Under the pieces are notes generated by a model. The model did not search any database and was not told the DNA's origin. It saw only the letters and a list, made by a program, of their open reading frames with translations. Shown piece by piece: positions 55,256 to 64,000 of a stretch of 64,000 nt of DNA. Made by a program: the position numbers and the translations under genes. Source of the DNA: Eledone cirrhosa. Taxonomy: Eukaryota. The stretch lies in NCBI GenBank assembly GCA_964016885.1, contig OZ024754.1:27280001-27344000 (forward strand), in the 5' to 3' direction. Every line of letters starts with the position of its first letter. Within the stretch, counting starts at the first letter, position 1.

Positions 55256-56781
55256 GGTGCAATCGGAACAGTAACGTCTTTCATATAAAGCAATAGTCAA
55301 TTGTTACTATTAACGACGTCCCCCGCCCCCATTCACCAGTGGAAAGAATATAAAGAAATACTAACAAGAACGAAAATTACAAAAAAATAAAAAAGTATGT
55401 TGAATGTGATGTGGCGTGGATTCTGTGAGATAAACCTTCTCTCTTTCTTCTTCTCTCTCTCTCATAACCCTCTCACTTTCTACCTCTCTCACTGTCTCTT
55501 TCAGTCACCCTCTCCCTCTCTCCCCTCTCTCTCTCTCTATTTCTCATAGATGTTTCTCTCACTTTTCTTCCTTCTCTGTCTCTTAGTATATTTCTTTCTC
55601 GGTCTCTCTCTCTCTCTCTCTCTCTTTTATTTCCACTCCATCACACCTCAACTTCGCGGATCACCAACCTACCCTAATTAAGGTTTCTAATTTAGCACTA
55701 GCGCAGCAATTTAGAATTAAGGGAAAATCGATTTTGTCAACCTCAGCACAGAGTTGTCGACCCTAGCAATAAGTTGTCGACCCCAGCACGGAGGGATGAA
55801 ATACAATGTTGACCCAAATTGGAACAAATATGGCTCAGAATTTCTTTTTTTAAATTCTGAAACTGCTTGTCAATTCTTTTAATGTTCGATTTATAATGAA
55901 GGTAAAATACAGGTTTATCCTCAATACATGTGTTTTCAGTCACAAAGTTGTCTTAAACACCATTGATAATTACAAAAGTATGAAAAAGAAAAAAATTAGG
56001 TAATGGGGGGGGGGGGGGATTCTGAATTAATTTTCCGTATCAAATTTTACATATACTTCGTACGAGCATTTATGTAGTTTGCATTAGAATTTTTGTAGCG
56101 TGGCGGCACCCTCAGAGATAGTATTAGTATTCTTTTTCGGGATTCTGAATTATTATTTTGTATTAGTTTATTTTTTTTGCACTGGGTGGTTGCTGGCCTT
56201 GTGCCTGGGGTAGAAACCTTTATTTCGTACTGGTCTCGGGACTCCGATTTATTATTTCGTGGTAGTTTCTTTAGTATTTTGGCCCCCCACTTGTTGACCT
56301 GTCACCGTAAGATATATTCAGTTGTTTACTTATACCCCTTAAAAGGGTCTCATTATAATTTCGTCCCACCTAGTAAACCTTTCTTTAGTCTTGATAGCTG
56401 TCCATAGGTTATAGTAACCAGAAATTGTTTTTTTCTTTACACTTGATTGTTTTTTAACACTCCCGGTATTTTTCTATATATTTACCCCATATTGTTTTAC
56501 TTATTGTTTCGACTTCCTCCCCCTCCCCCCTAGTATCTTCTTTGACCTCCTGCCCAGCCGTAGTTGGCACTATCAACGCACGACCGGGTTTCTCCCACCC
56601 CCTCTCCCTCTTTCTTCTACTGGCAGGTTCAGCTACCCCCTTCCCTCCACAAATTGCCTTGATAGAATTATTATGTCTCAACAACAAACTTTTGACCAAT
56701 CCTTGTGACAATCACTTTTACCATATATGGAATTACCCCCTGAGAAACTCGGCTATTCAAATACCAGGATAAAAATGTTCA

Positions 56782-56840
56782 TTTAGTCCAAAATTAGCCG
56801 TCGAAACGGCTTGAGCTCAGCCGTCGGGGTCCTACTTGTT

Positions 56841-56844
<4 letters not shown>
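56782..56844. mobile_element. Family A single arm (copy 10)
   Basis: AGTCCAAAATTAGCCGTCGAAACGGCTTGAGCTCAGCCGTCGGGGTCCTACTTGTTCCTA-(TA)n. Confidence 0.75.
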
Positions 56845-56908
<64 letters not shown>

Positions 56909-56954
56909 CATGCATATATATATATACATATATATATATATATGAATGTATATA

Positions 56955-57247
<293 letters not shown>

Positions 57248-58201
57248 TTGAGAGAAAAGATGAAGTTGGAAATAGCACGGAAAACATATTTTATGGTCTG
57301 TTTTTCTTTTTTCTTTTTCTTTTCTTTGATTCGTCAAAGTGACCTTATTGAAAAAATGAGAGGGACAATTCTTTTAAAAATGAGTTTTATAAAGTATATT
57401 AAGTATATAAAGTATTACCTGTTTCAACGTATTATTAAAATTCATCTTATCAAATGTTGAGTATTACAATTAAAATAATTTTTAGATTTGAAATTAAGTG
57501 TTGGAGTAAGTTTTTCCCCTTTTCCCTTGCTCAGAAGCGGACTGGAGAATGAGTTCTTGTGCATAGTGAGAGGGGTGTGTCGTCATGATAGTAGCAGCAG
57601 TGTTGGTAGTTGTGTTTCTTCGTGGGGCAAAGGAAATATTCTGTAAATATTGTGTGTGTATATCTGATTGTTTTGATTGACTGGTCAAGAGTTCAAATGG
57701 GGGTGGGGAATTGTAAGCTAGAGACAAATTCTATTGGAATATAGTTTTAAGGAGTGTGTGTATAGTGTGAGGGTGTATATATAACAAACGAAGAAGAAGG
57801 AAGCGACGAAGAAGAAGAGGGAGGGGCAGGGGATTGGTGTGGTAGTAATATCAGGGCTATGGTAAGGAAGGGGAAGACGAAGAAGGGGTGGGTGGAGTAG
57901 AAGGAGACGGCAAGCAGCTGTAGTGGTGATAGAGTCACTGTTAATAATTGTTTCTACTTTTGGCACAAGGCCAGAAAATACCTAGTGTATTACTGGTACT
58001 TAATTTTATCGACCCCGTAAGGATGAAAGGCCACTGTTAATAATGGTAAAGGCAAGCTGTACGTGGGATTGGTTTGAATGATTGAATGACCTTAGAGTTG
58101 ACTGAGGAAGTGATTGTTTATATATCTATCATGGTCTTCCTGTCTGAAATGCTGGCATTCTTAAATTGACCTGCAGTGTGGGTGTTTCTAAGAGGTCTTC
58201 C

Positions 58202-58435
58202 TTAACCTTCCAGCATTTACACCACTCCACATATACTGTACCACCATATTTTCACAGTAAAGGTTCCATGCTACATAATGATCTCACACAATATTGAGTC
58301 CAAGAGACGCTGATATTACTCACCCCAAGAACACTACCCCAACATCAGCATGAGCAGCCGGCCACAGCCAACCTGAACTGAAAGAGGCGAGAGAACTCCG
58401 CCCGGACACAGCCGGTTCAAATGCCAAAGGGTTAA
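58202..58435. mobile_element. TTAA-flanked piggyBac-like MITE
   Basis: TTAA|CCTTCCAGCATTTACACC ... GGTTCAAATGCCAAAGGG|TTAA (imperfect TIRs). Confidence 0.6.
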
Positions 58436-58901
58436 TTTGTTCAGGGTGCTAATTTTAAAGTGTGTCAGCAGTAGTTTCGTCCGAAGTAGATGCAGTCAGG
58501 GAACATAAGTGTTGTGCTTCTCATGGTACGAAACAAAGGAAAAGAAAGTAAGAAAGGGAAACGAAGACTAAAAGAAAGAAGAAAGTAAGATATCATGTTA
58601 AAAAATGTAAGCCATTGAAATTAATCGGGGTTAAGAGACAAGAGATAACACGTTCGTCACAGATCAGTAATGATATATATATATAAATAAAAGTAGTCCT
58701 TCATCAGTGATCTTCCAACCTTCATTGGTATTTCTTCGCTTTAAAGATCATATACCTCTGGTGGGTGCGAGCAATAACTAAAGAAAGTTATTGGGACACG
58801 TAAAATAGGGTGAAGCGAGCGAGACATGTAAACAAACAAAGGTGGTAATGCAACGGAAAGATAGGAAGAGACAAGTCCGTGATATCTATGAACTTAAGCT
58901 C

Positions 58902-58941
<40 letters not shown>

Positions 58942-59195
58942 TATAGTTTAGGGATTGTAACGTCCAGTTACTGTAGGTTCACCAGGGTGAGCACTCGATG
59001 CGTTGTTACCAGTGAGGGAGTCATTCTGTTATTACCATAACAGAAAACAAAAGTCCGACGAGCTTTTGATTCCAAAGTCGGGCCAGATCGATACATATCG
59101 AGCTTTGAGCTGATAAATCGTGAAAGGCACGTGATTTGACATCTCAGTAAATGTAATGAAGATCTAACACTTTGTCCTCTTTATTATTATTAGTA

Positions 59196-59248
<53 letters not shown>

Positions 59249-59505
59249 TTTTGCAATACGGTTGCAATCGGTCGTAGTATTGTGTACACGGTCAGAGGCT
59301 AATGGATATGTACTTAAAAAGATATAGAGCTCTACTCTCTATATAAATATATATATACAAATGGAGCTAATCTGATTATCCCTGTATGTTTATATTTATA
59401 AAGAAAAATAGACTAGATGATGTGACGCTCATATATACAAACCTTTGGCATATAGAATATATAGTTCCTGTAAATGAGCTACAAATGAACTGTGCTACAA
59501 ATACT

Positions 59506-59547
<42 letters not shown>

Positions 59548-61199
59548 AATATATACAAAAAGCCCATTCGTATACTCTACTAGATATACAAACGCGCGCT
59601 CTCTCTCTCTTTCTCTCTCACACACAAATATTGGCAATACACACAACACAAACATGGATCTAATCACATACGCTGACACACATGTACATACATGCACTCA
59701 CTCATCCCACCTCATACTGACCTACCGTGACAATCGGTTTTGATATCTGTTAGCCATTGTATCGATCCAGCTTAGCCTCCATCCTTAGTGTGACACACCA
59801 TGTACCCCAACTTGATCCTCTTTATATTCGTCCACTGGTCACCAAAAGGTTACCACAATGCATTCTGAACCAATGAAGTTCATACACAAAAAATAAATAG
59901 GAAAATAGAGGAAAGGACTATAAGTGCCATAAATATGAAGAAAATGAATTGTTTTCGCTTCGCAAGGTATACTGGTATTTTCTAATCACTTCTAAAATGA
60001 AAACTAGGATTTAACTTGTCAGAGTCGATAGAAAGTCAGATAGAATGCGTCGCTAAATTCGTTTTGGCTCTCCCCGCCCTCTGAAATCAAATACTGGGTG
60101 GGTAAATTTTGCGTTTTTTTTTTATTTTTTATTTCGATAAATATAGTAGCACTCTTGTACTGGAGATTGATTCTTCTTTTATATACCTTTTTCACTCTCT
60201 GTTTATCTATGTCTTTGGACGAAATTTGTTGTTTTCAGACGATAAGCCCTGGTGAACGATAGGCCTTGTCAGGTCTAAAATGTTCAAAACATTAGCTCCT
60301 TTTTAGGACTTCTCCAGGATTTTAATTTACTTCAGTTTTCCACCCTATGTATCCAAAGTTTAATCACAACCTTAATGAAAAATCAGTGACCTAACCATAC
60401 ACATGCCATGCCATCCCATGAGCCTTTAACTCCTACTAAAGTCATGAGCGTGTTGTCTTGACAAAAAACGTAACAGGGCATTTAAACCTTGCAGAGAAGG
60501 TGAGAACGAGAGAGTTAAAATGGAAAGGAGATAAAGAGAATGAATGGACCTCAGTTACTCTACTGGCACTTCCTTTTTCTTCATCGAAATGAGGTTTTGA
60601 TTCCTAAACAGGATGGTTAGATGAAGTCACAGGCAATGTATGGCAAAGCAGACAATGAAGCATGCACGGACTTGTTTCCTCACTGCAATCAAACCTACGC
60701 AGTTCGAAAGACATTTTAGACTTCCATCACAAAAAAGAGAATTGTCTGGAGGGATGGGAAGCCGTAAAATGAGCACCAAGCTTGCTTCGAAGAAACGACA
60801 AGAACAACAGGATGAAGAACATAGCTAATATTGTGAATATTAAAACTGTTTAAACATTGCATTTATAATTGATTCATAAACTTGAGCTTAATTCTGTACT
60901 GTGTATAGAAATGATTTTATCATGTGTTCAGTGGAACAATTGCAGAGTTATGGTCTGGTTGGCTGATAAATTTCTAGTGAAGCGAATGAGATAACATTTC
61001 TGGATATATTTTAGGCTGAAGATTATGCAAATTGAATGAGCGTAATCGGTTATGTGGTTGTGTGTTCAATATGCGATAGATATGTTGTTTGCGTAGTGGA
61101 TATATCAATATATTCAGAAAAAGAAATAGCTAAATACATTTCAGAAAGAACATGGCAAACGGTGTACATTGATAGAATGTTTTTAAAAACATCCGTTAC

Positions 61200-61460
61200 T
61201 ACATATTGGGCAGGTGGTTAGAATGTCTCAGGAAAGAATCGCCGGACAGATTTTACGAACAAAACCAACCGACAGGAGACCCAGGGGTAGACCCCGAGCA
61301 AAATGGTTGGATAACATCCATAAGCTTGGCTGGTCTCGCTTGGGAATCCTGCCGGATCTGTTGGAGACGGTTACTTCTGACAGGACCACCGGAAGGAGTA
61401 TTTGAGGATTCTGCCTCCACAACCCTCTCATTAATAAAAGGGCAAAGAAGGAGAGAAGAC
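61200..61460 (+). pseudogene. RTE-clade LINE 3' fragment
   Basis: VRMSQERIAGQILRTKPTDRRPRGRPRAKWLDNIHKLGWSRLGILPDLLETVTSDR. Confidence 0.8.
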
Positions 61461-61781
61461 GACTACAGATTATGCTCCGCAGTAGAGATGGAACCATACT
61501 TCTATGCAATAAAGACTTTAAATAGTCTCTTCTATCAATATCTTGGGTGTTAAAGTTCATAGGTGTCTATGTGCGCATGTCCTGCGACGTAGCGGTTTGA
61601 GAAAATGAGTTCGATAAATTATGTAGCAGGGATGAAACAGGTTTCGGGACCAAATATATATCATTAAGTCTGTGCCCCTACATATCCACAGTCTAGTAAC
61701 TGCAACCGGTATTATAATAAAGTAGACATGTAAGTATGTACGGATTTACGTACGTATGTATATATATGTATGTATACACAT

Positions 61782-61862
<81 letters not shown>

Positions 61863-61885
61863 GTGTGTATGAGTGTGTGTGTATG

Positions 61886-61926
<41 letters not shown>

Positions 61927-61944
61927 ATGAGTGTGTGTGTATGC

Positions 61945-62022
<78 letters not shown>

Positions 62023-62955
62023 CAAAGAAGGTGTGGTGAGATACTAGGTGGATCATAACACATATATATAGGTAACCAGACTTTAGTCGAGGTAGAGCTG
62101 GTCTGTGTTGGCAAAATGAAAATTTATTGGTAAACCCTAGAATTATCACTGAAATTCGTATGCCTTTGGGAAAAGTTATTTTCAAGAAGTTCTCACCACG
62201 TCCTTCATGCTAGCAAGACAATAGCATTTAGTTTGCTTCTATGGAAGTGTGTAAATGGCTTTGAATTAGTTTCTGTAGCTACTGAGTAAAGGGAGGTGGG
62301 GCAGGAATATGGGAGAACTAGCAGAGAGAGTGATATTGAGTGTAGTGAACGAAAGAGAAAGAGGGAGAGAGGGGGCGAGATAGAGAGAGAGATAGTTATA
62401 TTGGGTCTGGTGAGGAAAATAAAAGAAATAAAAAAAAGAGAGAGAGAAAGAAAGAAATGAAGGAGGAAATAGAGCATTAGAATAAATAGGAAGAAGAGTG
62501 TGAATTCATTGAACAACTTACAAATGATAAGGGTGTCAGTTGTAGGTTAGTGGGTTCGTAAACAACATAAGCCAATAACAATGTATATATACATGTTCAG
62601 TATGTATGGTAAATTTCACATACATGCAAAAAGTTAAGTGCACGCTAACACACTAAATGTCATGATCTTAACATTTTTTTTTTGCAGCAAATTGAAATTA
62701 TGCCGCTCACTTTCATATCGACACAAACACTCACAAGCACGTATATATGCAAAGCAAATATGTTGAAGACGTGATTGTGTGGTTAAAAGGTTCATTTCAC
62801 AACCATATAATTCCAAGTTTGATCTTACTACGAAGTTTTCAGCAAGTATATTTAGTCTTGATTTGACCAGTGCCTGGTGTGTTGGATTTGATAGAGCGCA
62901 GCTGAACAGAAGATAAGTGTCTTTTGACTTTCTACTCACACACAGTATATATATA

Positions 62956-63030
62956 TAGGAAAAAGTTTAATCCCGACGGCAGAGCTCTAGCCGTCGAAAC
63001 GGCTTGAGCTCTGCCGTCGGGGTTAAACTC
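62956..63030. mobile_element. Family A collapsed hairpin (copy 11)
   Basis: TAGGAAAAAGTTTAATCCCGACGGCAGAGCTC...GAGCTCTGCCGTCGGGGTTAAACT. Confidence 0.75.
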
Positions 63031-63032
63031 CC

Positions 63033-63234
63033 TCCCACCGCTTGCTACTGCTGGACTTGGAAACAGTCGAGAATATATAGTTTTCTCGTCTGTGTAAATG
63101 AGGTGATTAATCTCATTTGCATATGAAGCTGCATAAGCTGGCTCAACTCTCGACTGTTTTCAAGTCCAGCAGTAGTAAGCGGTGGGACGGACCTTCCTGA
63201 CGAAGGCCAGTCAAGCCTGAAATACATAGACGGT
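63033..63234 (+). ncRNA. ~39-bp-arm stem-loop followed by a type I hammerhead ribozyme (63191-63234)
   Basis: IR TCCCACCGCTTGCTACTGCTGGACTTGGAAACAGTCGAGA / TCTCGACTGTTTTCAAGTCCAGCAGTAGTAAGCGGTGGGA; ACCTTC-CTGACGA-AGGC-CAGTCAA-GCCT-GAAA-TACA-TA^GACGGT. Confidence 0.72.
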
Positions 63235-63725
63235 TGTCCCCCTTGCTTCTGCTGGACACCACGAGAGGGCGTTAGCCCCCCGGTGTTTGCATAGCTACGG
63301 CTTCTTAAATCCGCATTTCTTTAGAATTACGAAATTTCTATACATATTATATAAAGTTATGCTTGAAGCGAAATCTTATTTCTTTTATATATATATATAT
63401 ATACATATATATAAAATATACAGAAGCAAAAACCAACCAAACACTGTTTGTATTCTACCCTTGTTTATTTGTGTGTGTTTATGTGTGGTTGTTGTTATTC
63501 TACTTGTGTATATTTATTTATTTGTTTATTTATATTTGTTTCAATACACGATTTCATATTGAAAACCTTGCAAAACAAATATATATATATTTATATATTA
63601 ATATGTGTAGAAGTAAACAATGCTCAGTATTTATACTTTGAGCTTGTGAATTGCAGGGTATCTATATGAGTTAATAACTCTATATTTTATTTGTATATTT
63701 ATATATATACATTTATATGTTCATC

Positions 63726-63895
<170 letters not shown>

Positions 63896-64000
63896 TTTGA
63901 ACGTATTTCTGTCTAAGGTAAACATTATTTTAGAAAGCATTATTTCGTTCGTATTGTCGATTGTATACATCAGTTGAGTGTGGAGGAATTACGGTTAATG

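Noticed and set aside
60225-60830. Possible host exons after polypyrimidine-AG sites (also ~24940-25090)
   Set aside because: Frames hit stops quickly or have no recognisable homology; needs RNA-seq.

Overview
AT-rich, microsatellite-saturated eukaryotic DNA with no host gene I can support. The tRNA-derived SINE families resemble those I recall from octopod cephalopods (inference). Nearly all ORFs in the supplied track are artefacts of (TA)n, (CA)n and triplet repeats. Coding remnants are all transposon-derived: a Penelope-like element (PLE) GIY-YIG endonuclease (13103-13531), RTE-clade LINE 3' fragments, Dong/R4-clade LINE fragments and a decayed piggyBac-like transposase. There are also hAT and TTAA MITEs and several large minisatellites. 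The most striking signal is a population of about 20 short non-coding fold-back elements from about 10 distinct sequence families, nearly all abutting or embedded in (TA)n. They share one architecture: inverted arm + arm + unpaired 3' tail. Many carry type I hammerhead ribozyme (HHR) motifs, often one on each strand. The two arms of a copy share copy-specific variants, which suggests the palindrome is rebuilt at each insertion. The GIY-YIG element has the same architecture, linking the hairpins to TA-targeting PLEs. All coordinates were read by eye and may be off by a few bases.
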